Under the pieces are notes generated by a model. That model did no database searches, had not been told where the DNA came from, and saw nothing but the letters and a program-made list of their open reading frames with translations. Below, piece after piece: positions 8,983-18,207 of a stretch of 36,249 nucleotides of DNA. The DNA is from a virus (Duplodnaviria; Heunggongvirae; Uroviricota; Caudoviricetes). The position numbers were made by a program, and so were the translations under genes. Within the stretch, counting starts at the first letter, position 1, and every line of letters begins with the position of its first letter. The stretch is from IMG/VR virus record IMGVR_UViG_3300043410_001642, positions 105,120 to 141,368 of that record; one strand, written 5' to 3'.

Positions 8983-9186
8983 TTGAGTGAGTGGGGTTTG
9001 AAACTGATTGATTAGTTTATTCTTACAATTCTACTATGATACCAAATAGCGGATGAACGAATAAGATAATGAATAATTAACAAACTTCAACAATATTAGG
9101 GTCATTTGTCGCGTAATTTCAATACCATCAAACCTCTTTGAAACCTGGATAACCTTTTTAATCCGAATCATTCCTCACAAACTCAA
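8983..9186 (+). ncRNA. Candidate ~204-nt structured RNA
   Basis: No ORF; ends pair (TTGAGT-GA-GTGGGG 8983-8996 with CCTCAC-AA-ACTCAA 9173-9186); inner helices 9005-9009/9166-9170, 9012-9022/9071-9080, 9147-9150/9161-9164. Confidence 0.6.
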
Positions 9187-9213
9187 ACTTATTAAACCAC
9201 TAAAAATTAAAAT

Positions 9214-9477
9214 ATGAACGCATTAATCGTTTATTACATCATTTGTATTATTTATTGTTTCTATCAACTGAATAAGAAATATAATAATAGAGGTGTTGAA
9301 TATGGAACATCACCAGAGTTGGATTCAATTATGGTATTAGTTATGGCATGGGTGTTAGCACCTATTGATGTATCTATTACTTGGATTAGAATGGTGAAAA
9401 ACGCTGAAGAAGCTAGAATTAAACATAGTAAAATAGATACAACTGATTTCAAAACTGAAAAAAGTAATATCTATTAG
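9214..9477 (+). CDS. Small membrane protein
   Basis: Two hydrophobic segments. Confidence 0.7.
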   Translation: MNALIVYYIICIIYCFYQLNKKYNNRGVEYGTSPELDSIMVLVMAWVLAPIDVSITWIRMVKNAEEARIKHSKIDTTDFKTEKSNIY

Positions 9478-9485
9478 AATAAAAT

Positions 9486-9571
9486 AGAGAGGTGGTAGAG
9501 TTGGTTGAATACACCGGTCTTGAAAACCGGCAGATGTAAAAGTCTCGGGGGTTCGAATCCCTCCCTCTCTG
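9486..9571 (+). tRNA. tRNA-Ser (anticodon TGA), type II; CCA not encoded
   Basis: Acceptor AGAGAGG/CCTCTCT, anticodon arm CCGGT-CT TGA AA-ACCGG, long variable arm, GTTCGAATCC T loop, G73. Confidence 0.95.
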
Positions 9572-9579
9572 CACTTAAT

Positions 9580-9786
9580 ATGTTAGAGTTTAAGAAACCA
9601 ATACCAGTAGTAGTAGAAGGAAACAAAGATGGATATGCAATCTATGTTACTGATAGCGGAATGTTTGAAAATGATATTTGGTGTGTGGTACTATGTGAAG
9701 GTGGTGTTGTAAGACATTATCGTAGTGACCAAATCAGAATATTTTTCAATGCGACTTTTGATATAGAAAAGGATAAAACATTGTAA
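9580..9786 (+). CDS. Hypothetical protein (true start after the tRNA)
   Basis: MLEFKKPIPVV...; the track start at 9505 lies inside tRNA-Ser. Confidence 0.7.
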   Translation: MLEFKKPIPVVVEGNKDGYAIYVTDSGMFENDIWCVVLCEGGVVRHYRSDQIRIFFNATFDIEKDKTL

Positions 9787-9951
9787 TGTGTTGGAATAAG
9801 CTCGATAAAAAGAGCTGTGGCAGACAAGCCCTCCTGTCTCGGGGGTGGTGAGAACGAAATAGATTAGTAATACGGGGGATGACCACCAGCTTGCAAGCAC
9901 TTTGTTACTAATTGAATCGCACCGTGGAGTGTTCGAATCCTCCCATTACAG
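9782..9951 (+). tRNA. Oversized 170-nt tRNA-Asp(GTC)-like RNA
   Basis: Acceptor TGTAATG/CATTACA, G73, D stem TTGG/ACAA with 29-nt loop, anticodon arm CCCTC-CT GTC TC-GGGGG, 80-nt paired variable arm, T arm GGAG(T)G-TTCGAAT-CCTCC. Confidence 0.7.
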
Positions 9952-9972
9952 CAATACCTAAATAAAAAACAA

Positions 9973-10491
9973 ATGGATTACAAAGAATACATTTCCGATG
10001 TTCCCGATTTCCCTAAGAAGGGTGTAATGTTTAGAGATATAACTCCATTATTGGCTTCTCCTAAAATTTTTAATAATGTAATTGATGACCTTTCTTTATT
10101 ATTAGATGAATCTTTTGATGAAGAGGTTAAGTTATTGGCGGGGATTGAAGCGAGAGGATTCTTAATTGGTGCTGCATTGGCATCTTTGAATGGCAATGGG
10201 TTTGTACCAATCCGTAAAGAAGGAAAACTACCTCCACCTAAAGTAGCAACATATTCTACAAAGGAATATGGTGTTGATATGTTAGAGGTGAAAGAGAGTA
10301 TTGTTCAGCAAGATATTATTTTAGTTGATGATGTATTGGCAACCGGAGGAACATTGAAAGCATCAGAGAAGTTGTTAAATAGTGCTGGATACAATGTAGT
10401 GGGAGCAATCACACTAATAGATTTAACTTATTTACATTCTGAAGATATACTTATAGGAGGAAAGAAGGTTATTAGTTTGATACAATACTAA
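9973..10491 (+). CDS. apt: Adenine phosphoribosyltransferase
   Basis: VPDFPKKGVMFRDIT, GIEARGF, IRKEGKLP, KEYG, LVDDVLATGGT. Confidence 0.92.
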   Translation: MDYKEYISDVPDFPKKGVMFRDITPLLASPKIFNNVIDDLSLLLDESFDEEVKLLAGIEARGFLIGAALASLNGNGFVPIRKEGKLPPPKVATYSTKEYGVDMLEVKESIVQQDIILVDDVLATGGTLKASEKLLNSAGYNVVGAITLIDLTYLHSEDILIGGKKVISLIQY

Positions 10492-10502
10492 ACAAATTAG
10501 TT

Positions 10503-10781
10503 ATGGCTGAATTTAGTAAGCAATATTGTGAGATACATCAACCTGAAATGGGTTGGGATTTTGATATTGAAGAAATCGCTGAAGGTATTCCTAAAGGTCA
10601 TTACAAACCTATCATTTGTGAAGGGTTTGGATTCAGTGGAATAGGCGTAAGATTGGATGGAACTATTCAATTATTATTCAGAGATTACATTGAGGAAGAT
10701 ATTCAAAATGATGGATTATATAAACAAATTGATTACAAAAAGTTTATAGAAAAACAAAGATTAAAATCACAAGGAATCTAA
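10503..10781 (+). CDS. Hypothetical protein
   Basis: ORF track 92 aa. Confidence 0.7.
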   Translation: MAEFSKQYCEIHQPEMGWDFDIEEIAEGIPKGHYKPIICEGFGFSGIGVRLDGTIQLLFRDYIEEDIQNDGLYKQIDYKKFIEKQRLKSQGI

Positions 10782-10782
10782 C

Positions 10783-10947
10783 ATGGGAAAATTCTATGAG
10801 GATTTAGATACTCTTAATGAGTTAGTAAAAAAATTAGATAAGAAAGACAAACTAAGTGAATTCATCATCAGAGCAATACGAAAGATGAAGGATAATCCAG
10901 ATAAATCAGTTTCAGATGTCATCAAAGAGACAAAAAAAGAATTCTAA
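10783..10947 (+). CDS. 54-aa hypothetical protein
   Basis: MGKFYEDLDTLNELVKK...; fills the gap, below track cutoff. Confidence 0.6.
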   Translation: MGKFYEDLDTLNELVKKLDKKDKLSEFIIRAIRKMKDNPDKSVSDVIKETKKEF

Positions 10948-11158
10948 ACCGGATATAAATCCAGGACACTATTTAGAATTAATGGATAGATTACATATAG
11001 TAGCATGTAATTTAGACCATCACTGCCTACAACATCCATTATCAGAAGCTCACCCTGAAATTGCTATTACAATAGAAGAGGCATTGGGTAGAGTATTAGA
11101 AGCATACCAAAGAGTGGGTGAAATGGAAAATTATTCAAATTATTTAGAGGAAAAATAA
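10916..11158 (+). CDS. Hypothetical protein (start uncertain)
   Basis: ORF track 80 aa. Confidence 0.6.
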   Translation: MSSKRQKKNSKPDINPGHYLELMDRLHIVACNLDHHCLQHPLSEAHPEIAITIEEALGRVLEAYQRVGEMENYSNYLEEK

Positions 11159-11159
11159 A

Positions 11160-11191
11160 TTTGTAATTATCACAAATTATTCGTATATTTG
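11160..11191 (+). promoter_or_regulatory. Bacteroidota-type promoter upstream of groES
   Basis: TTTG 11160-11163, TATATTTG 11184-11191. Confidence 0.75.
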
Positions 11192-11210
11192 TAATCACAA
11201 ACAAAAATAC

Positions 11211-11251
11211 TGACAATCTGTCAATATCAATGAGTTGGTATGACAATTGTA
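11211..11251 (+). promoter_or_regulatory. TGACA-N3-TGTCA dyad plus sigma54-like -24/-12 element
   Basis: TGACA atc TGTCA 11211-11223; TGGTATG-ACAA-TTGTA 11236-11251 has the spacing of TGGCACR-N4-TTGCW. Confidence 0.5.
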
Positions 11252-11290
11252 TATAGTATATCGTTAAACTAAAAAAATAAAATTTATATT

Positions 11291-11566
11291 ATGAGCGTAA
11301 ATGTTAAACCATTACACGACAGGGTTATTGTAAAACCTGCAGAAAAGGCGGAAAAGACAGCAGGAGGTATTATCATTCCTGATACCGCACAAGAAAAACC
11401 TCAAAAGGGTGAAGTAGTAGCAGTTGGAAATGGGACTAAAGATTCTCCAATGACTGTGAAAGTTGGCGATACTATTCTTTTCGGAAAGTTTAGTGGAACT
11501 GAAATTGAAATTGAAGACCAGAAGTATCTTTTGATGAGAGAGAACGACATCTTCGCTATTATTTAA
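11291..11566 (+). CDS. groES: Co-chaperonin GroES
   Basis: [33 protein letters not shown]. Confidence 0.98.
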   Translation: MSVNVKPLHDRVIVKPAEKAEKTAGGIIIPDTAQEKPQKGEVVAVGNGTKDSPMTVKVGDTILFGKFSGTEIEIEDQKYLLMRENDIFAII

Positions 11567-11571
11567 CCTAA

Positions 11572-13218
<1,647 letters not shown>

Positions 13219-13244
13219 CCCCAAAATAGGGTAAAAATAGTGTG

Positions 13245-13283
13245 AAAAAGGCTTGGTAATTCAAGCCTTTTTTCGTATATTTG
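13245..13283 (+). promoter_or_regulatory. Promoter embedded in a terminator-like hairpin
   Basis: AAAAAGGCTTG-gtaatt-CAAGCCTTTTT stem containing TTGG; TATATTTG 13276-13283. Confidence 0.75.
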
Positions 13284-13304
13284 GGTATGAAAAAGAGTCA
13301 AAAT

Positions 13305-14198
13305 ATGAACTTAGGTTATGCCTGTATTAATATGAGCATGGGTAAGAATGTATCTACCAACCGAACAATGGTTAAGAAAACCTTTGATTTGAAAGGATTA
13401 GATTATGTATCCGAACTTGCTCTTAAAAATGCTTCCGATATCATTAAGATATTAGAATGGAATCGTATGAATGGAATTAAGTTATTCCGTTTATCATCCG
13501 CTTTAATTCCTTGGGGTGATAAGTTAGATTTAACGCAACTCAAAGATTACAAAGAGATTAAGAGTGAGTTAAAGAAAGCCGGTGATTTCGCTAAGTTTTG
13601 GGGTATGAGAATCACATCTCACCCAGGCCCTTTCAATGTATTAGTATCTCCAAATGAAAATGTTGTAGAGAATACCATATCGGATTTAGAATTGCATGGT
13701 AAGATATTTGATATGATGGGATTAGAAAAATCTCCATACAACAAAATCAACATACATTGTAATGGTGTGTATGGTGATAAACAATCTGCTATGGATAGAT
13801 TTTGTGAGAACTTTAAACGATTATCACCATCAGTTCGTAAGAGATTAACAATAGAGAATGATGATAAAGGTAGTATGTATTCAGTAAGTGATTTGTTTTA
13901 TATTCATGATAAGATAAAGATACCTATTGTATTTGATTACCATCATCACCAATTTTGTACCGGTGGTTTTAGTGAAAAAGCGGCATTAGAGTTGGCAATA
14001 ACAACATGGCCTGAAGGTATTAAACCTATTGTTCACTATTCAGAATCAAAAGCATTGCATGAAAACAATAGTAAAGAAAAACCTCAAGCTCATTCTGATT
14101 ATATTAATTCATTACCAAATACTTATGGGTGTGATGTAGATATTATGGTGGAAGCTAAAGCTAAGGAATTGGCAATATTACCTTTTATTAATAAATAA
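13305..14198 (+). CDS. uvsE: UV DNA damage endonuclease (start may be 13287)
   Basis: MNLGYACIN, LFRLSS, ITSHPG, IHCNG, IENDD, FDYHHH, HYSES, QAHSDY, MVEAKAKE. Confidence 0.95.
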   Translation: MNLGYACINMSMGKNVSTNRTMVKKTFDLKGLDYVSELALKNASDIIKILEWNRMNGIKLFRLSSALIPWGDKLDLTQLKDYKEIKSELKKAGDFAKFWGMRITSHPGPFNVLVSPNENVVENTISDLELHGKIFDMMGLEKSPYNKINIHCNGVYGDKQSAMDRFCENFKRLSPSVRKRLTIENDDKGSMYSVSDLFYIHDKIKIPIVFDYHHHQFCTGGFSEKAALELAITTWPEGIKPIVHYSESKALHENNSKEKPQAHSDYINSLPNTYGCDVDIMVEAKAKELAILPFINK

Positions 14199-14202
14199 TT
14201 GT

Positions 14203-15039
14203 ATGAGATTTCTATATGTAAGAAAAATAAATGTTTCGTTCCTATTCTTCAATAAATCAGGTAGTTCACTCTATCTATGTTTCATTGAGAGCTGGTTGAA
14301 ATGGTTAAAATTGGATTATGAGATTCTAAACTTAAATGAAGTGTATGAAAACTGTCCGACTGTTTATATGTTTGTTCGTAATCCATTGGAAAGAGCAGTA
14401 ACATCTTTCTATTGGACTAAAACATTTGATATTAAATCTCAAGCGGATAAATTCCCAATTGATAAGTTTACAAAATATGTGGAGAATCTATCAAATGAAA
14501 TGAATTCATCCGAAGATATGCATTTATTGCCACAATTGTGGGAGTTAATGAAACATCAGAGAGTTATAGATAATGATAGAACTAAATTGACCTGTGAAGA
14601 ATATATCAATTATGATTACCGAAAATTCTTTCCAAACGCTAAAATCAAATTCGTACAAGTAGAACCATTCAAACAAAACTTTCAGGCATTGAGAAGTATG
14701 TGCACACAATTGATGTTCTATCCATACTATCAGAAATTAGATATAGATATTCCGGAAGGGATTTGGTATAAAAAAACTATGGGGCAATTCACTGAATTAG
14801 ATGAGTTGATGGATCCATATCAAAAATTGTATGTGGTATTCTTATATAATTTTATTGAGAATTCATTTGATACGAACAATCATCATAATAATTTGTGGAG
14901 AGATATGATGAGTAACTTACGACAAAAGCCAGAATATGTTGATTTGTTGATAAAGATAAATGAAATAGTAAAAAGAGAAGCAACATTCTTAGGGTATAAA
15001 AATGATAACTACATTAATAAAAACAAATTCGTAGAATAA
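14203..15039 (+). CDS. Sulfotransferase family 2-like protein (paralog 1)
   Basis: KSGSS (5'-PSB-like), FVRNPLERAVTSFY (3'-PB-like), HLLPQ. Confidence 0.65.
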   Translation: MRFLYVRKINVSFLFFNKSGSSLYLCFIESWLKWLKLDYEILNLNEVYENCPTVYMFVRNPLERAVTSFYWTKTFDIKSQADKFPIDKFTKYVENLSNEMNSSEDMHLLPQLWELMKHQRVIDNDRTKLTCEEYINYDYRKFFPNAKIKFVQVEPFKQNFQALRSMCTQLMFYPYYQKLDIDIPEGIWYKKTMGQFTELDELMDPYQKLYVVFLYNFIENSFDTNNHHNNLWRDMMSNLRQKPEYVDLLIKINEIVKREATFLGYKNDNYINKNKFVE

Positions 15040-15248
15040 TGAAGAACAACAACGATGCTAAAATTTATAGAAGACAAATTATAGAATCAGCAGAAGAAGC
15101 ACAAACTTACTTTAAGATACCAGCTGATATAATAAAGGAAACTTCAAATGATGCTGAATTGGGACATAAGATTAGAATAATGTATTGGGATATGTGTGAT
15201 AAATTAAATGAACATATTAGACACATTAAATCATTAGATAGTGAATAA
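15039..15248 (+). CDS. Hypothetical protein
   Basis: ORF track 69 aa. Confidence 0.65.
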   Translation: MKNNNDAKIYRRQIIESAEEAQTYFKIPADIIKETSNDAELGHKIRIMYWDMCDKLNEHIRHIKSLDSE

Positions 15249-15507
15249 GACAGATACATTAGAAAAGACAAGTGAAGAAACTATACAACAATCATCTATA
15301 ATCTTATGGAATGATGAAGTGAATAGTTTTGATTGGGTAATAGATTGCTTAGTTAGAGTATTGGGACAGAACAAACTTCAGGCAGAGCAATGTGCTTATA
15401 TGGTTCATCATAAAGGTAAGTGTGATGTTAAGAGAGGTTGGTATGAAGAGTTAGAACCATATTCACAAAAGTTAAAAGATTTAGGATTAACAACGACAAT
15501 AGAATAA
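15241..15507 (+). CDS. clpS: ClpS N-degron adaptor
   Basis: ILWNDEVNSFDWVIDCL, QAEQCAYMVHHKGKCDVK; GTG start. Confidence 0.85.
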   Translation: MNKTDTLEKTSEETIQQSSIILWNDEVNSFDWVIDCLVRVLGQNKLQAEQCAYMVHHKGKCDVKRGWYEELEPYSQKLKDLGLTTTIE

Positions 15508-15508
15508 T

Positions 15509-15808
15509 ATGGCTCATTTAAATAATGTGATAGGGGCTAATAACAATCCACTACCATTTACACAATGGCAAATGCATAAACCTATATTCATAGTTAGATG
15601 TCCGAATAACTTTGATCATGAAGAAATGAATGAAGTTCATAAACATTTCTATGGTAGAATAGGAGATGAATTAAAAGACCAATATAATGTTATTGTAGTT
15701 AGAGATGGAAATAGAGCCGGCGATATTAAGTTTGAATGTTATGGTTCGGTGTATGAAGAAAAAGAATTTTTAGAATTAAAACAACAAATATTATCTAAAC
15801 TAAAGTAA
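15509..15808 (+). CDS. Hypothetical protein
   Basis: ORF track 99 aa. Confidence 0.7.
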   Translation: MAHLNNVIGANNNPLPFTQWQMHKPIFIVRCPNNFDHEEMNEVHKHFYGRIGDELKDQYNVIVVRDGNRAGDIKFECYGSVYEEKEFLELKQQILSKLK

Positions 15809-15810
15809 GA

Positions 15811-16050
15811 ATGAAAAACCCATTTTGTCATTTTGGTATTCATCGTTGGGAATATCGTAGAGAGAAACATAATGTAAAAGGGCATCCAACCGGAAGAGAT
15901 TGTATAAGAGTGATAGTGAGAGAATGTAAATGGTGTGGTCATAGAGAACATCATATGTTACCAAGAGTAAATGGTAGATTCAATGATTGGAGACCATTTG
16001 ATGATGTTAAGAAAGAAGATGAGGTGGAATTTAGTAGAGTTTGTAAATAA
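15811..16050 (+). CDS. Small Zn-binding protein (DUF1660-like)
   Basis: CxxxxHxW...CxxCG pattern. Confidence 0.6.
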   Translation: MKNPFCHFGIHRWEYRREKHNVKGHPTGRDCIRVIVRECKWCGHREHHMLPRVNGRFNDWRPFDDVKKEDEVEFSRVCK

Positions 16051-16062
16051 AAAACTTAATAT

Positions 16063-16359
16063 ATGGATTTAGAAAAACAATGGCTTGAAGCTATGAAAGA
16101 AGCAGTTGATATGGAACCCGTAAATAATATGGGCAAGTGGGGTAAACAAACAAAGTTAGAATCAATTGCAGAAAAGTTAGATTGGATTGGTAAAGTTAAG
16201 AAGCAGGCCGAAGGCGGATATGATACCGAATCTGGCATTGATAAAGATGCATGGATTAAAGGATATATCTATGGTTTTGCTGAAGCGGCAGAAGCTCTTA
16301 ATAGTTTAGCTGAAAATGAAGAGAATGAAGAAGGAGAAGAAGAAACTGAAGGTGAATAG
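16063..16359 (+). CDS. Hypothetical protein with acidic tail
   Basis: ORF track 98 aa. Confidence 0.7.
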   Translation: MDLEKQWLEAMKEAVDMEPVNNMGKWGKQTKLESIAEKLDWIGKVKKQAEGGYDTESGIDKDAWIKGYIYGFAEAAEALNSLAENEENEEGEEETEGE

Positions 16360-16438
16360 TATATGTCCAAAATGTCAATCGGTAATAACTGATAAGGATG
16401 GACTATGTTGGAAATGTTTAATAGAATCAAATAAATAA
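16352..16438 (+). CDS. 28-aa micro zinc-finger
   Basis: GTG start: MNSICPKCQSVITDKDGLCWKCLIESNK (CxxC...CxxC). Confidence 0.5.
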   Translation: MNSICPKCQSVITDKDGLCWKCLIESNK

Positions 16439-16442
16439 AGTT

Positions 16443-16712
16443 ATGTCAAAAGAAGAATTAGTAGAAAGTTTGAAGCAAGGTGAAGTTGTAGTAACCTTTA
16501 AGAAAAAAGATGGTAGTGAGAGAGTGATGAAATGCACTAAATCGTTTAACATCATTCCAGAAGATAAACAACCAAAAACGGAAACGAATGTAGAACCTAA
16601 ATTAGATGAGAATGGTAATCCTATCGTATCTGATTTAATTACTGTTTGGGATGTTGAATCAAATGGATGGAGAAGTTTTGATTTCAAATCATTAATAAAA
16701 GTTGGAGAGTAA
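16443..16712 (+). CDS. WYL_2/DUF2693-like SH3 beta-barrel protein
   Basis: VTFKKKDGSERVMKCT...VWDVESNGWRSF. Confidence 0.75.
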   Translation: MSKEELVESLKQGEVVVTFKKKDGSERVMKCTKSFNIIPEDKQPKTETNVEPKLDENGNPIVSDLITVWDVESNGWRSFDFKSLIKVGE

Positions 16713-16885
16713 TGTGTGATATGATTGTGATGGGAGAAACTCTTATGTTGATTGGAGCAAACGACCCAATGAGAGCAGAAGAATTATTCAGACAAGCAAA
16801 TGGAGAAGTTAAGGAAACTAAAAATGGTATAAGATATATTATTATTAAAGATAAAACTGAAACAAATGACAGAGAAACAAATTGA
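16712..16885 (+). CDS. 57-aa hypothetical protein
   Basis: Open frame coupled to the upstream TAA; below track cutoff. Confidence 0.5.
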   Translation: MCDMIVMGETLMLIGANDPMRAEELFRQANGEVKETKNGIRYIIIKDKTETNDRETN

Positions 16886-17366
16886 GTTCATTGAGCAACT
16901 CAAACAATTAGACAAAGGTGATGTTGATACTCAAATTATCATAAATCTTAAAAAATGGTCTTTAAGCGAAAGAACCGAACATTATGGAACATATGATGGT
17001 AGTGAGTTTACCTTCACTGCATACACTAATTGGAAGAGAGCAAGTTTAGAATGTGGAATGCCTTTAGAAGATTTTATTGAAGCGATTGAGAAAGAATCAA
17101 TTGAAACAATGGAAGCGGGACACTTTTATGACCTATGGTGTAATGAGATGAGTGATGGTGATACGGATTTTGAAGATGAAACATTTACTCCTGAACTGAC
17201 AGAAGAGCAAGAAGAAGGATTGAGTTTGAGTGATTTATATTTTGATAGTGAAATCAATGATTCAGAATATATCTTTGATGCTGGTTCAATATGGAGTATT
17301 GAAGTGAGCGGAGTAGTGGATGTGAAGAGCGGGACAATTCAAACAATAACTTACGAAACTGAATAA
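16866..17366 (+). CDS. Highly acidic protein
   Basis: Hand count about 41 D/E versus 10 K/R in 166 aa. Confidence 0.75.
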   Translation: MTEKQIEFIEQLKQLDKGDVDTQIIINLKKWSLSERTEHYGTYDGSEFTFTAYTNWKRASLECGMPLEDFIEAIEKESIETMEAGHFYDLWCNEMSDGDTDFEDETFTPELTEEQEEGLSLSDLYFDSEINDSEYIFDAGSIWSIEVSGVVDVKSGTIQTITYETE

Positions 17367-17376
17367 AATTTAGTAT

Positions 17377-17574
17377 ATGGATCAAATAATTGGTGGATAC
17401 AAAGAGTTCATAGTAATAGATAGGGTAACGATTAGAGACCTACAAGAACAGGCAGATATATTAGAACATAGTGATGAAGAGTTTTCAACACTAAGAGCTT
17501 TGGAGATACGAAGAGTGATAGATTTCATCAAAGCCCGAAACATATACAACAACGAGTTTAAGATTAAGAACTAA
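17377..17574 (+). CDS. Hypothetical protein
   Basis: ORF track 65 aa. Confidence 0.65.
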   Translation: MDQIIGGYKEFIVIDRVTIRDLQEQADILEHSDEEFSTLRALEIRRVIDFIKARNIYNNEFKIKN

Positions 17575-17766
17575 ATGAAAAAATGGATTTGTAAAATATT
17601 AGGTCACAAATACTCATACAACTTTGGGTGGATGCCTAATAAGTGTGTGTGTAAAAGATGTGGTATGAAATGGAAAACGATTAACAACCCTAATTATGAT
17701 TTCCGAACATCAAATCCATTATCAGAAGATATGCATATTTGGGTTGAAGACAATGAAAATAAATAA
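17575..17766 (+). CDS. Small Zn-binding protein (DUF1660-like)
   Basis: ICKILGHKY...CVCKRCG. Confidence 0.65.
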   Translation: MKKWICKILGHKYSYNFGWMPNKCVCKRCGMKWKTINNPNYDFRTSNPLSEDMHIWVEDNENK

Positions 17767-17767
17767 T

Positions 17768-18076
17768 ATGGAATATAGATACGATGTAAACCAATTTCGT
17801 TGGAGAAAAGAAGATAATACATTCTACGGAGAAGCACCTCATTTAGAATGTATAATGCCTGATGGTAATATTCATCCCGAAGCATTCCCCAACCAAAAGA
17901 AACAATTCTACATAGATAATAGTGAGACGGGAGGTTTTCGTAGATTTCAGTTTATGAAAGAGGAAATCGTTGAAGGAGTATCATTTGTAGAAGGAGTAGA
18001 TGGCCCACAATACTTATTTACCCAATGGTGGTTTGAAAGTGAAGATGGGATTAAATGTTGTATATCAATAGATTAG
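17768..18076 (+). CDS. Hypothetical protein (start corrected from 17696)
   Basis: ATG one base after the upstream TAA. Confidence 0.65.
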   Translation: MEYRYDVNQFRWRKEDNTFYGEAPHLECIMPDGNIHPEAFPNQKKQFYIDNSETGGFRRFQFMKEEIVEGVSFVEGVDGPQYLFTQWWFESEDGIKCCISID

Positions 18077-18099
18077 GGTATATGATAACTATTACCTAT

Positions 18100-18172
18100 A
18101 ACCGATTCGCGGGGCGGGGGTAGGGGGTATCGTTCTCCCTTTGTCCTCCGGTCCGAAAAAAATTTCGGAGAT
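18100..18172. other. GC-rich intergenic element with G tracts and a hairpin
   Basis: GGGGCGGGGGTAGGGGG followed by TCCGAAA-aaa-TTTCGGA. Confidence 0.6.
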
Positions 18173-18207
18173 AAGATTTTTTGATAGTTATTTTAAAATA
18201 AAGTTGT

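Noticed and set aside
9521-9523. TGA anticodon as a stop suppressor or Sec tRNA
   Set aside because: Anticodon UGA reads Ser UCA codons; a UGA suppressor would need anticodon UCA.
9505-9579. Track start of the 93-aa ORF
   Set aside because: Lies inside tRNA-Ser; the real start is ATG 9580.
9782-9951. tmRNA or group I intron interpretation
   Set aside because: Too short, no G3-U70 Ala identity, no tag ORF or intron core; it has a full D arm and anticodon arm.
11192-11290. CIRCE/HrcA operator before groES
   Set aside because: No TTAGCACTC-N9-GAGTGCTAA present.
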